Origin: an uncultured delta proteobacterium
Lineage (GTDB): Bacteria > Desulfobacterota > BSN033 > UBA1163
Length of the DNA stretch: 64,000 nt
NCBI GenBank assembly: GCA_963827685.1
Contig: CAWHBU010000004.1
Coordinates: forward strand, 480,001-544,000
Reading direction: 5' to 3'
The notes beneath the pieces are model-generated. The model ran no database searches and had not been told where the DNA came from. It saw only the letters and a list, made by a program, of their open reading frames with translations. Within the stretch, counting starts at the first letter, position 1. Every line of letters starts with the position of its first letter. The translations under genes and the position numbers were made by a program. This document shows positions 37,070 through 46,800 of the stretch, one piece after another.

Positions 37070-38029
37070 TCAATTGCCTTTGACATCCCCGAGAATCTCG
37101 TTGATGATCCGAAGAAGTACTGAGTCTCGTTGCTGGATCACCTGTTTAATTTTCTCCGGCGTCCAGTTGTAAAAACCCTGCCCGGCTATGACTCCTGTTG
37201 CACCTTCGGCAACGAGGGTATCCAGAACTGGTGAAGGTTTTGGGGAAGATTCCAGGTGAGGAAAGAGATATTTTTCAATATCCCGCGTCAGTGCCAATCC
37301 AGCCAGATCAGCCGTTTCCAAAGGTCCGATAAAAGGCATGCGTATACCAAAGCCATATTTCACTACCTTGTCTATATCCTCGGCACTGGCGATTTTTTTT
37401 TCCCTCAAAGATATAGCTTCCCTCCACATGGCATGCTGGAGACGGTTGCCGAGAAATCCAGGAACGTCCTTGAGAACCCGGACGGGCACCTTCCCAACTT
37501 TTTCCATGAGCATATAGACTGTCTCGAAAACTTCTTCCGATGTAGATGCCCCCATAATAACTTCAACACAGGGGATGATATGGGGAGGATTCCAGAAATG
37601 GGTTCCAAGAAAGCGTGTTTTGTGCTCAAGTGCTGCGCTGATATCGGTGATACTTAAGGCAGAGGTGTTACTAGTTAAAATGGTGTCTGATGTCGTATAT
37701 TTTTCGATTGCAGAATATATGCTTTTTTTCACAGCCATGTCTTCCGAAATTGCCTCAATGATGATCTGTGGACCCTTGCACAATGTTTGTAAGTCGATAG
37801 AAACAGTGATCAGATCCAGGCATCTTTCCCTATCTTCGGAATTTGCAAGCTTTAGCTGGATTAAAATCTTGAAATTATCGGCAATTCTGTCTTTTGTATT
37901 GTCACGCATGGAGGGATTTGCATCAAAGATGCTTACCCGGTAGCCTGCTGAGGCAAAAACCTGAGCAATGCTATGACCCATGAGACCAGCCCCGAGAACG
38001 CCTATATGCTTTATTTCATTAATTGCCAT
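37070..38029 (-). CDS. 3-hydroxyacyl-CoA dehydrogenase family protein
   Basis: GAGLMGHSIA, IEAISE, SNTS, GTHFWNPP, GFLGNRLQ, GPLETAD. ATG at 38029 after GGAGG. Confidence 0.92.
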   Translation of the reverse strand: MAINEIKHIGVLGAGLMGHSIAQVFASAGYRVSIFDANPSMRDNTKDRIADNFKILIQLKLANSEDRERCLDLITVSIDLQTLCKGPQIIIEAISEDMAVKKSIYSAIEKYTTSDTILTSNTSALSITDISAALEHKTRFLGTHFWNPPHIIPCVEVIMGASTSEEVFETVYMLMEKVGKVPVRVLKDVPGFLGNRLQHAMWREAISLREKKIASAEDIDKVVKYGFGIRMPFIGPLETADLAGLALTRDIEKYLFPHLESSPKPSPVLDTLVAEGATGVIAGQGFYNWTPEKIKQVIQQRDSVLLRIINEILGDVKGN

Positions 38030-38045
38030 TATACTACAACCTCCC

Positions 38046-38633
38046 CTATCTAGCGTTACAAATGACCATGAGACACTTGACCTTTTTGTGTCCCACAGAC
38101 TCACCGAAATGTGGCAATCCGGAGTCAAAATAGACGCAGTCCCCTTCCTCGACAATGTGCTCCTGATTATTGTGATGGAATTTCATCGTTCCCTCTAAAA
38201 CATAAAGAATTTCTTGGCCTTCGTGTCGGTATATAGTCTGTTTTCTGGGATGAACCGGAAGCGTCAAGACAAACGGTTCCATCATTTTGTTGGGGAATTT
38301 ATATGCGATAGCCTCGTATGAATATCCAAAAACATTACCATATCTCGAAATGATAGGCCTTTCCCCTTTTTTGACAAGGGAAAGGGGAACTGAGGAACCA
38401 TCTTCTCCCAGAATAGAAGAAATAGTTACACCAAGGACACGGGCAATAATGCTTAGTGTGGAAACGGGAGGTGATTTCCCCAATCTTTCGACTTTGGATA
38501 AATAGCCTTTTGTAAATCCTGTCTGACTGGCGAGTTGCTCAAGGGTAATATTTCTTCTTATTCGGAAATGCTTGATTCGCTTTCCGATCTCCGTTTCGAT
38601 AATGGCTGGTTTGTGTTCACTTTCAGCGTACAT
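38046..38633 (-). CDS. XRE-cupin transcriptional regulator (PuuR-like)
   Basis: HTH TLEQLASQTGFTKGYLSKVER plus cupin HEGQE...GDCVYFDSGLPH. Confidence 0.9.
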   Translation of the reverse strand: MYAESEHKPAIIETEIGKRIKHFRIRRNITLEQLASQTGFTKGYLSKVERLGKSPPVSTLSIIARVLGVTISSILGEDGSSVPLSLVKKGERPIISRYGNVFGYSYEAIAYKFPNKMMEPFVLTLPVHPRKQTIYRHEGQEILYVLEGTMKFHHNNQEHIVEEGDCVYFDSGLPHFGESVGHKKVKCLMVICNAR

Positions 38634-38711
38634 AAAAATACACCCCCAATAACAATTATCGTTTAAAATCTTGTAATACTAAGTATGTCAAAGCCCTGTT
38701 TTGGGACTATC

Positions 38712-38747
38712 ATGAAACTATTTATTCTAATATGAAACTATTGTCAA
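38712..38747 (-). promoter_or_regulatory. Promoter/operator of the catabolic operon
   Basis: Direct repeat ATGAAACTAT twice, next to a minus-strand TTGACA. Confidence 0.45.
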
Positions 38748-38941
38748 GCCTTTTTTTAAAGAATTTTGCTTTTGACCACCTCGTAAGTGTAATATCGAAC
38801 ATTAAATTGATTTGACATTCTTACAGTTGTTTGATGTTTTGCAATAAGGGATGACCGGAAGGGCTGTTCTGGTTCAGCGCAAAAGGTAAAAGGGGACGAA
38901 AAGGTAAAAGTAAAAGGGTAAAAAAGGACGGTTCTATTTTA

Positions 38942-38970
38942 TTGACATGGAAGATGAGGATTAATAGAAT
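38942..38970 (+). promoter_or_regulatory. sigma70-like promoter facing the repeat stack
   Basis: TTGACA-17 nt-TAGAAT. Confidence 0.55.
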
Positions 38971-39315
38971 TGGGAAAGAGGGCTTGGGGGTCAAAGCTAC
39001 ATTATACACTTTGCTTGATACAGAACAAGAAGGCACTGGGCTTAAAAATAAGGGGACGGGACACGGGGACGTAATTGAAAATTGACACTTTTCCCTCTGC
39101 TTACCTAAAGGGCTCTGCGGCCAGGTCTTGCAATCACACATTTGATAAAACAAGAAACGGGGTCATCCATAAGAAAGTTGGCCGTTCCAATTGCGGATTT
39201 CGGAATGCGGATTGCCGAATGCAAATTGTAAACACGAATTCCAGAGTCGTTGGATCATTTGGGATATTCCATAAGTAAGTCCTGACAGAACTCCGAAGAC
39301 AACTTAGAAATCGAG

Positions 39316-39603
39316 ATGTCAACCTTGAGGAAGAAGATTGCCGAAGCCTTGGAAGGAGAATCTCTTGATTTGCGGGAGATTTCGCAATTGTTCGGGATCA
39401 AAGAAAGAGATGCCCTCGATCATCTCATGCATATTGAAAGGTCTATCCATCCGAGACGCCTTACTGAGGAACCGGCCTTTTGCCAACAATGCGGTTTCTC
39501 TTTCAAGAAACGGACTCGCCTGAGTACTCCAAGCCGCTGCCCCGTTTGTAAGAGTGAGCATATTTCCCCACCAAGATTTAAGATCAACCCTCCAGGAAGT
39601 TGA
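39316..39603 (+). CDS. HTH plus Zn-ribbon transcriptional regulator (COG3357-like)
   Basis: REISQLFGIKE..DHLMHI..S; CQQCGF...PSRCPVCKSE. Confidence 0.85.
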   Translation: MSTLRKKIAEALEGESLDLREISQLFGIKERDALDHLMHIERSIHPRRLTEEPAFCQQCGFSFKKRTRLSTPSRCPVCKSEHISPPRFKINPPGS

Positions 39604-39831
39604 ACGGCTCCGGTGTCACCGGTGCAGCCCTGAAAAAGTTGGCCGTTTCAAATGCAGAATGCGGATTGCGGAATGCGGAATCTCAAACCAAGAACTGCCT
39701 GGAGCATAACCTCGTAGGTAATTAGGCAACGGGCCATTAAGGGCAACCCCTGACTGCTTTTTTCAGTCAAGTTCTTTCGATTATCCTGACTAAGTTTCCA
39801 AGTTAGCTTTTTAAGCCAGGTTAAATTCCCC

Positions 39832-39860
39832 TTGACATGAGTTAACATCAAGGTTAACAT
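39832..39860 (+). promoter_or_regulatory. sigma70 promoter with GTTAAC operator repeats (probably a leaderless TA transcript)
   Basis: TTGACA-17 nt-TAACAT containing GTTAACATC twice; GTG start 6 nt downstream. Confidence 0.6.
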
Positions 39861-39866
39861 CACTTT

Positions 39867-40214
39867 GTGGACAGAACAGTCATCTTCTATAAGACTGTTG
39901 ATGGCAAGTGTCCCGTACAAGAATTTCTCGATTCTTTGCCCGGGACGGTTGCTCAAAAGATAGTCTGGGTTCTCAGGTTATTGGAGGATATGGATATTCT
40001 GCCGGTTTTGTATTTCAAGAAGCTTTCCGGAACGGCGGATATCTAGGAGTGCAGAATTCAATTTGGCTCAAATGCCTATCGCATCTTTTGTTTCTTTTTA
40101 AATAATTCGATTGTGCTAACCCATGGATTTGTTAAAAAAAGTCAAAAGACTCCTGCCCGTGAAATAGAGAGGGCAGAGGCTTATCGAAGAGATTTCTTTA
40201 AAAGGAGGGTATAA
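39867..40214 (+). pseudogene. RelE/HigB (Gp49-like) toxin with an internal amber stop
   Basis: VIFYKTVDGKCPVQEFLDSL...KKLSGTADI*ECRIQFGSNAYRIF...LTHGFVKKSQKTP; TAG at 40044-40046 where Trp (TGG) is expected. Confidence 0.85.
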
Positions 40215-40490
40215 ATGAGTGACCTAACAAAATATATCAAGGAGAGGAAAAAGAGAGACAAAGCATTTTCCAAAGGGTTTGATGAAGGTTACGAGCAGTT
40301 CAAAATCGGGGTCGTGCTCCGTCAGGCTCGTGAAGAGGCGGGAATAACCCAGGAGGAGTTAGCTCGCCGTCTTAAGACCAGGAAGACTGCCATTTCAAGA
40401 ATTGAGAACCATGCAGAAGATATCAAGTTATCCACCTTAGAACGCGTTGCTGGAGCTTTAGGGAAACGCCTACAAATCAGTATTGCCTAA
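40215..40490 (+). CDS. XRE HTH antitoxin (HigA-like)
   Basis: [28 protein letters not shown]; directly follows the toxin stop. Confidence 0.88.
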   Translation: MSDLTKYIKERKKRDKAFSKGFDEGYEQFKIGVVLRQAREEAGITQEELARRLKTRKTAISRIENHAEDIKLSTLERVAGALGKRLQISIA

Positions 40491-40706
40491 AAATAAGTTT
40501 GGCTACGGTGCCCCCCATAAAAAGGTCGAAGGCTCCATTGAAATAAAGATGGGGAGACGCGAAACGAAAGAAGGGGAAAAATGCGGATTTCGGATTGCGG
40601 AATGCGGAATTTATGCTGAGTGGCGAAGCACAATTTGGGGTGCTTGCATTTCCCAGTCAACTACAATAATGGGGATGGGTTCCCATTTCATGATAGGACA
40701 AAAGCG

Positions 40707-41072
40707 ATGAGCCTGATTGAAGAGATAAAGAAAGCTCTTAGCATGGAAATTAGATCGAACTCACAAGGATCGGAATATCTCGAAGCAGTGCTTGACAAGA
40801 AGGACCTTGCATTGCTTAATTCTTTATTGGAAAAACACATAGGCCTCGCCGCCAAGGAATCCAGAAAAGAAGCAAATCTGCCGAAAGAAATTGAGGAATT
40901 AGTTGATTCTTTGGGTGGTTTGCGGAAGGGGCAATCCTTTTTCTATAGGCAAGATGGTAATCGAGTGATATACGCTGCCATTTGGCCCTGGGAATCCAAT
41001 CCTAATAAGATAACATTAAAGTGTGGTGTAAGCGAGATCGGTCAGGGGTCAAAGCTTTTAGAACATCCATAA
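40707..41072 (+). CDS. Hypothetical protein
   Basis: GGLRKGQSFF...YAAIWPWESNPNKITLK. The C-terminus reads into repeat sequence. Confidence 0.65.
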   Translation: MSLIEEIKKALSMEIRSNSQGSEYLEAVLDKKDLALLNSLLEKHIGLAAKESRKEANLPKEIEELVDSLGGLRKGQSFFYRQDGNRVIYAAIWPWESNPNKITLKCGVSEIGQGSKLLEHP

Positions 41073-41410
41073 AAAAGTTGGCCCTGCTCCAAATACACGC
41101 ATAGCGCATGGCAAAGATTTATACCAGGAGATGAGGGGATAGGGAAATTCGGGGTGCGGAATGCGGAGTGTGGATTGCGGAACATAAAAAGCAAGATAAG
41201 GAATAAGGAAATGGAGGGAATGAGGAGTGCCAAATGCGGAATGCTGACTGCGGAATGGGGAATTGAAAACACAAAGAGCAAACCGCAGAGAGTGAAGCGC
41301 ATAGCGCGAAGACCAGGCTGAAAGCTCAAAGCTCTCTATACCGCTGGGTCGGTTGAGCGAAATGGACATCGTATCCACAACTAAGTTGACATCAAAAATT
41401 CTGGAGGTTG

Positions 41411-41944
41411 ATGATGAAGCATCACGTGAAGCGGTTGATCTTTGTTTTGGCCATCGTTCTGATAAACCAGGCTGCCCAGGCGGTTGAGATAGGCGAGGTT
41501 CCTCCAAAGGTAGAGTTAAAAGAAAAACTGGGAGGACGGCTGGATGGAAAACCTTGGAGCAGCGAAGAGTTACGGGGGAAGGTCCATGTCCTTTTTTACG
41601 TGGACCCTGATGAAAAAGATACGAACAACGATGCCAGCGAAGCTCTGCTCAGAGAGCAATTTTCCAGCGATAAGTTTCAATCGGTTGGGATCATTAACAT
41701 GGCAGCCACCTGGCTTCCCAATTTTATCATTTCTTCTGGCCTTAAAGATAAACAGAAGCGCTATCCGACAACCATTTATGTGCGGGATTACAAGAAAGTG
41801 CTGGTGAATACCTGGAAGATTGCCGACAACAGCAGTAATGTTCTCGCCTTTGACAAACAAGGGAAATTGATCTTCAGAAAAGACGGCAAGCTCACCGCGG
41901 AAGAGATCCAGACGCTCATCAAGGTCATCCGTAATCATTTGTAA
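41411..41944 (+). CDS. YtfJ-family exported thioredoxin-like protein
   Basis: Signal peptide, PWSSEELRGKVHVLFYVDPD, AFDKQGKLIFRKDGKLT. Confidence 0.8.
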   Translation: MMKHHVKRLIFVLAIVLINQAAQAVEIGEVPPKVELKEKLGGRLDGKPWSSEELRGKVHVLFYVDPDEKDTNNDASEALLREQFSSDKFQSVGIINMAATWLPNFIISSGLKDKQKRYPTTIYVRDYKKVLVNTWKIADNSSNVLAFDKQGKLIFRKDGKLTAEEIQTLIKVIRNHL

Positions 41945-42197
41945 TCTTTCTTCCGTCTCGGGTCTTCTGTGGATAGAATGAATTAGTGTCATCCATAAAA
42001 AAGTTGGGCCTATCAATTGCGGATTTCGGATTGCTGATTGCGAAATGTGGAATTTAAAAACTTCGAGAAGAAGTATCTTCCCATGTAGATCGCGGATTAG
42101 ACGCGAGTCGGATCGGTAGCCTCTTGATTTTGGTAAATCTTTGGGCCTGACTGGCTGGCTGTGTGCGCTCCCGAGCGCGCAACATGAAAAGATATCT

Positions 42198-42327
42198 ACC
42201 CCGTTAGAAATAATGCCCCGCTGTTTCGCAGTCGCGCCTGTGGCGGAATTACATTCTAGAATAATTCCGGAGGGATCTAATGCCCCGCTCGGCTTCGAGT
42301 CGTAACGACTGGAATTTCTAACGGGGT
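42198..42327. mobile_element. 130-bp ACCCCGTTAGAAA...TTTCTAACGGGGT palindromic element
   Basis: 14-bp terminal IR; internal direct repeat TAATGCCCCGCT twice. Confidence 0.8.
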
Positions 42328-42731
42328 GAACCTCTCCGGGAAGCACAAATTTTCAGGCGCTTCCATTTTTCAGTCCAGAACTCCAACCTTTCTGAATGGC
42401 CTGAGGATGCTTCATCATTCTACGGGGGATGGAAAAGCAGCCTGCTCCCAACTTCTTGAAGCTTGTCAATTATCTCCCTTTTGTATCATAATTCTATCAG
42501 AAGGGCGTTCTCGGCGTTGTTTGGAATGGATTGGAAGGTTATTATGGCCATTAATGATCGAATTGACATCCACCCTAATGGCTGTATTTGTTTTTTATTT
42601 GACGGATATCGAGATCAAGAATTTGAAAAAAGTGTTCAGGGAAAGCAGGACCGACAGGATTAAAGCACATCAGAAGGGTTATTGATAAATATTTAGAAAA
42701 ATCCAAAGAGAATGAAAGGGGAGGAGAAGAG

Positions 42732-43490
42732 ATGGAAAGAAAGAAAATCATCTATTTATTTCTCTTGGTTGCTCTTGCTCTCGTTTTTTCTTCATGCCAC
42801 CCTCGTCATGTTTCAGACGTTAAACCTAACATGACGAAAGAAGAAGTGGCCTCCTTGTGGGGGAAAACACCCCTGATCACCTATGGAACGATTAATGGGA
42901 AATCTGTTGAAACCTGGGAATATCATTTTTCAAACTCCGATTCTATCTGCCGGGTTACTTTTTCTCAAGATAGAGTCGTGTCTACCCAATGTCATCCTCT
43001 GCGAGCTGGAACGTACTGGTCTTATTCACAGCCAGGGCAGAACAAAGCGGGACCTCCTCCAAGTGAACGGAGTGTGGTACGGGAGGGCTATTTTGCAATG
43101 GAGCTAGCTGAGGTGCTGAACACAGGAGAGGTTAAAAGCGAGGCGGAAGCCGAGAGCAGGTTGGCTTCGGTAGGTATTGCACCCAAGAACGGATGGATCG
43201 CAGATTATCCCTTGACGCCCGATGTTATCGGAGAGCTGCGAAATGCCGTGGGTGAAGCCGCGGATTCGGGCAAGATAGCGATGAACCGGGAGGAGGCCAT
43301 CAGGGCGTTTCAGGATCTGATGACAAGTATCGAAAGTCAGGATGCCGGAGTTGAACCGCCTCCTGGTATCCAACCCTATCCTGAGCCATATTATTACCCT
43401 GGGTTCTATTATTACCCCTACTTCCCCTATCCATACTACTTCGGTGGTTATTATCGTTTCCACCACCCCTATCGCCGTCATTGGAGGTAG
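42732..43490 (+). CDS. Lipoprotein with a BamE/SmpA-like N-terminal domain and Tyr/Pro-rich tail
   Basis: Lipobox FSSC, VKPNMTKEEVASLWG, ETWEY; YYYPGFYYYPYFPYPYY tail. Confidence 0.7.
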   Translation: MERKKIIYLFLLVALALVFSSCHPRHVSDVKPNMTKEEVASLWGKTPLITYGTINGKSVETWEYHFSNSDSICRVTFSQDRVVSTQCHPLRAGTYWSYSQPGQNKAGPPPSERSVVREGYFAMELAEVLNTGEVKSEAEAESRLASVGIAPKNGWIADYPLTPDVIGELRNAVGEAADSGKIAMNREEAIRAFQDLMTSIESQDAGVEPPPGIQPYPEPYYYPGFYYYPYFPYPYYFGGYYRFHHPYRRHWR

Positions 43491-43842
43491 CAAATGGCTC
43501 GGCCTTTTTTGTGCGAATTTTAGAGGGCTTCGTAGAAGGCTTCGCGGTCAGGTCTTGCAATATTACATCTATGAGTGGTTGTCATCCATAAAAAAGTTGA
43601 CCATTCCAAATTCGGAATGCTGATTGCGGAATGCGGAATTTATGCTGAGTGGCGATTTCAGATTGCAAATTCCGGATTGCAGATTGAAGTGCTGCATTGC
43701 GGATTGCGGAATGCGGATTTAATGAAGAAACAATTGAATGGGTGATTGGGTAAATCGTTGAGTCGTAGAGTTAATGAGTCGTTGAGTAGTAGTTGACGGA
43801 ATGAGGTGAGGTTCGTTTGGGAGACAATTTGGAGTTAAAGCA

Positions 43843-45126
43843 ATGAGGGTCCTTCTCATTTCCGCCAACACGGAAAAGATAAATATGCCCACCTTGCCCC
43901 TCGGTCTGGCGTGTGTGGCCGCTGCCACCCAAAGAGCAGGGCATGAGGTGGCCATGGTGGATTTGATGACCGAAAAGGATGCGCCGTCGGTCCTCAAAAG
44001 GGCTATCGAAGGATTTCATCCTGATCTGATCGGGCTATCTGTGAGGAACATTGATGACCAGAATATGGAACATCCCAGATTCTTATTGGATCCGGTTAAA
44101 GAAATCGTAGCGGGTTGTCGAAGTCTTTCAGGAGCCACGATTGTTTTGGGTGGAGCGGGATACAGTGTATTCCCGGAAGGCGCCCTGTCCTTTTTAGGTG
44201 CAGATATGGGAATTCAAGGTGAGGGAGAAGTGGTTTTTCCGGACTTGATAGAGCGGATAGAGCGGGGTGCCAGCCTTCTGGGATTGCCGGGTCTTTATCT
44301 GCCCGGTCGGAGCCATCCGTGTAAAAGAATGTTTGAGAAAAATTTGGATAGACTGCCCCTTCCTAATGCCGACCTTTGGCCAGCACCCTCTCAAAAAGAG
44401 AAAGTCTGGATGCCAGTTCAGACAAGACGTGGATGTCCTTTGAACTGTAGTTATTGTAGCACCGGGGTCATTGAGGGTCGGATGGTCCGTAGACATTCTC
44501 CAGAAACTATTGTCAAGTGGATTGCTCGGTGGCGGAAAGCTGGGGTTGATCAGTTCTACTTCGTCGATAATACCTTCAACCTCCCGGCCTCCTATGCCAA
44601 GGAAGTCTGCCGTAAGCTCATCGATCGAGACCTGAATATCAGATGGTGGAGCATCCTTTACCCTATGCATGCAGATAAAGAACTGGCAGCGTATATGGCC
44701 AGAGCCGGCTGCGAGCAAGTGAGTATGGGATTTGAAAGTGGCTCTGAACGAATCCTGAAGAATATGAACAAAAGATTTCACCTTAAAGAGGTGCGACAAA
44801 TCTCAGAGATATTATCTGAGCAAGGGATAAGGCAAATGGGATTTTTATTACTTGGAAGTCCAGGTGAAACAAGGAAGTCCGTTGAAGAAAGCCTTGCTTT
44901 TGCTGACTCCCTTAAATTGGACACCTTGAAAATTACTGCAGGCGTTCGGATTTATCCGCATACCGTTCTGGCAAAGAAGGCCGTAAAGGAGGGCATGATT
45001 GCTTCTCACGATGAGCTACTTTTCCCCCAATTTTACCTGGCAAGAGACCTTGAGAATTGGTTGCCTGATATGTTGAAAAATTGGGCAATGGCAAGACCTC
45101 ATTGGATGATTCCAGATTACAGTTGA
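43843..45126 (+). CDS. B12-binding-domain radical SAM protein
   Basis: PLGLACVAAA, GLSVRNID, TRRGCPLNCSYC, FVDNTFN, GFESGS. Confidence 0.92.
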   Translation: MRVLLISANTEKINMPTLPLGLACVAAATQRAGHEVAMVDLMTEKDAPSVLKRAIEGFHPDLIGLSVRNIDDQNMEHPRFLLDPVKEIVAGCRSLSGATIVLGGAGYSVFPEGALSFLGADMGIQGEGEVVFPDLIERIERGASLLGLPGLYLPGRSHPCKRMFEKNLDRLPLPNADLWPAPSQKEKVWMPVQTRRGCPLNCSYCSTGVIEGRMVRRHSPETIVKWIARWRKAGVDQFYFVDNTFNLPASYAKEVCRKLIDRDLNIRWWSILYPMHADKELAAYMARAGCEQVSMGFESGSERILKNMNKRFHLKEVRQISEILSEQGIRQMGFLLLGSPGETRKSVEESLAFADSLKLDTLKITAGVRIYPHTVLAKKAVKEGMIASHDELLFPQFYLARDLENWLPDMLKNWAMARPHWMIPDYS

Positions 45127-45179
45127 CGTATCAAATTCTGATGATTGTGTTATTGAGAAAAACAGGTATCCATTCTTAA

Positions 45180-46800
45180 CGGGCTGTTGCCCAAATGATG
45201 CTTGCAACGATTATACATTCGAGCTATAAGCATGGCAAGACAAATCAGGAATGGAGATTTTGCCATGATGGGACAACAGACAGGAATTCAGCCGAAGATC
45301 TTCTATCATCATATGAACCTGGAACAAAGGATTCCCCGGACACACCTTCTGAGAAGGATTCAAGAGCAGATTGACTTTAACTTCATCTATGCAGAGGTCA
45401 GAGACACCTATGGGGGCAACGGGAATGTGTCCATTCCCCCTCCTGTAATCCTGAAGATGATGTTGCTGTTAGTTCTTTACAATGTTCGATCGGAACGAGA
45501 GTTAATGGAAACGATCCCCATGCGTTTAGACTGGCTATGGTTTTTAGGGTACGACATAGACAGTGAGGTGCCGGATCACAGTGTTTTGAGTAAAGCCAGG
45601 GCGCGGTGGGGAGTGGAAGCGTTTAGGGGATTTTTTGAGCGAATGGTGTGGCAATGTGTGGAGGCGGGGTTAGTGGACGGCAGAAAGATCTTTGTGGATT
45701 CGAGCTTGGTGGATGCGGATGCATCGAACAACTCCGTGATCGACACGCGATCGTTGAAGGTTCAACTCCAGGAGGGCTACAAGAAGCTGGAAGCACGATT
45801 AGAGGAAAAGAGCGAGAGCACGGATTCCTCCAGGAGATACGTTAAAGAGAACAGCCGATACATTTCAACGACCGATCCGGATGCATCGATAGTGAATCGT
45901 GGCAAGCCCAAACTCTCCTATCAGGTTCATCGGGCAGTGGATGAGCGGAGTGAAGTGATCACGGCGATCGAAACGACAACAGGAGATGTCAATGAAGCGC
46001 ATGAGATGATTCCTCTGATAGAGAGCCACCATTTAAATACAGGGGTCAAGGCGGATACGGTGGTGGCCGACAGCAAATACGGGACGATCGAGAACTTTTT
46101 GGCGTGTCATGATAGAGGGGTAGAGGCTCACATGCCGGATTTGAGGGAAATCTCATTGAAGCGTACAGAAAAGCAGAATATCTTTGGGGAAGAGCGGTTT
46201 GAGTATGATCGGGAGAGTGACACCTATCTTTGTCCAGCTGGGCATCGGTTGAAGCCTAGGTCATTACATATGAGTCGGCAAAGTAGAGATTACGCTGCGC
46301 CCAAGAAGATTTGTGCGGTATGTGACTTAAGAGAGCAGTGTACTAGAAACAGATCAGGTCGGACAATTAAGCGACATCTGAGGCAGGAAGATCTAGACAG
46401 GATGCGAGAGGCGAGTCGATCGGCCAAAGCGAAGCGGGATATCAAAGTGAGGCAGCATTTGATGGAGCGTTCCTATGCCAGAGGGACGCGGTATGGATAT
46501 GACCGGGCACGATGGAGAGGGCTTTGGCGGGTGCAGATACAGGAATACCTGATCTCTGCTGTCCAGAACATTGAGGTTTTGCTGAGGTATGGATCTTACC
46601 TAAAGAGAAGTCCATCGGTAATGATGGAGCAGATCAAAGGGGCTGTGACAAGGGAGATAAGGTCTTTTTCAGATTTTAAGGAGCTGATGAGCTTTAAAAT
46701 TGGCCGAATGGTGCTATTTGGTTTTACTTACCCTCGGCTATCATTCATGGAAACTCAAACTGTCAGATATTTTTGAATTGGGCTTTTGAGCAACAGCCCG
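45180..46800 (+). mobile_element. Complete IS1182-family element with TTAA direct repeat
   Basis: IRs CGGGCTGTTGCCCAAA / TTTGAGCAACAGCCCG, flanked by TTAA at 45176-79 and 46801-04. Confidence 0.88.
45265..46776 (+). CDS. IS1182-family DDE transposase
   Basis: DUF772-type N-terminus (SERELM, PDHSVLSKAR), VDSSLVDA, STTDPDA, VADSKYG, YLCPAG, CAVCDLREQCT. Confidence 0.92.
   Translation: MMGQQTGIQPKIFYHHMNLEQRIPRTHLLRRIQEQIDFNFIYAEVRDTYGGNGNVSIPPPVILKMMLLLVLYNVRSERELMETIPMRLDWLWFLGYDIDSEVPDHSVLSKARARWGVEAFRGFFERMVWQCVEAGLVDGRKIFVDSSLVDADASNNSVIDTRSLKVQLQEGYKKLEARLEEKSESTDSSRRYVKENSRYISTTDPDASIVNRGKPKLSYQVHRAVDERSEVITAIETTTGDVNEAHEMIPLIESHHLNTGVKADTVVADSKYGTIENFLACHDRGVEAHMPDLREISLKRTEKQNIFGEERFEYDRESDTYLCPAGHRLKPRSLHMSRQSRDYAAPKKICAVCDLREQCTRNRSGRTIKRHLRQEDLDRMREASRSAKAKRDIKVRQHLMERSYARGTRYGYDRARWRGLWRVQIQEYLISAVQNIEVLLRYGSYLKRSPSVMMEQIKGAVTREIRSFSDFKELMSFKIGRMVLFGFTYPRLSFMETQTVRYF

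Noticed and set aside
30241-39470. Diversity-generating retroelement TR/VR pair
   Set aside because: Differences between the duplicated segments are not adenine-specific and there is no reverse transcriptase in the window.
40044-40046. Pyrrolysine or amber recoding in the toxin
   Set aside because: The codon sits where Trp (TGG) is expected, TAG is used as a normal stop elsewhere in the window, and no pyl genes are visible.
41570-42685. ORFs 41570-42346 (-) and 42326-42685 (+) as real genes
   Set aside because: They run through the palindromic element, heptamer tracts and the antisense of ytfJ, and show no recognisable motifs.
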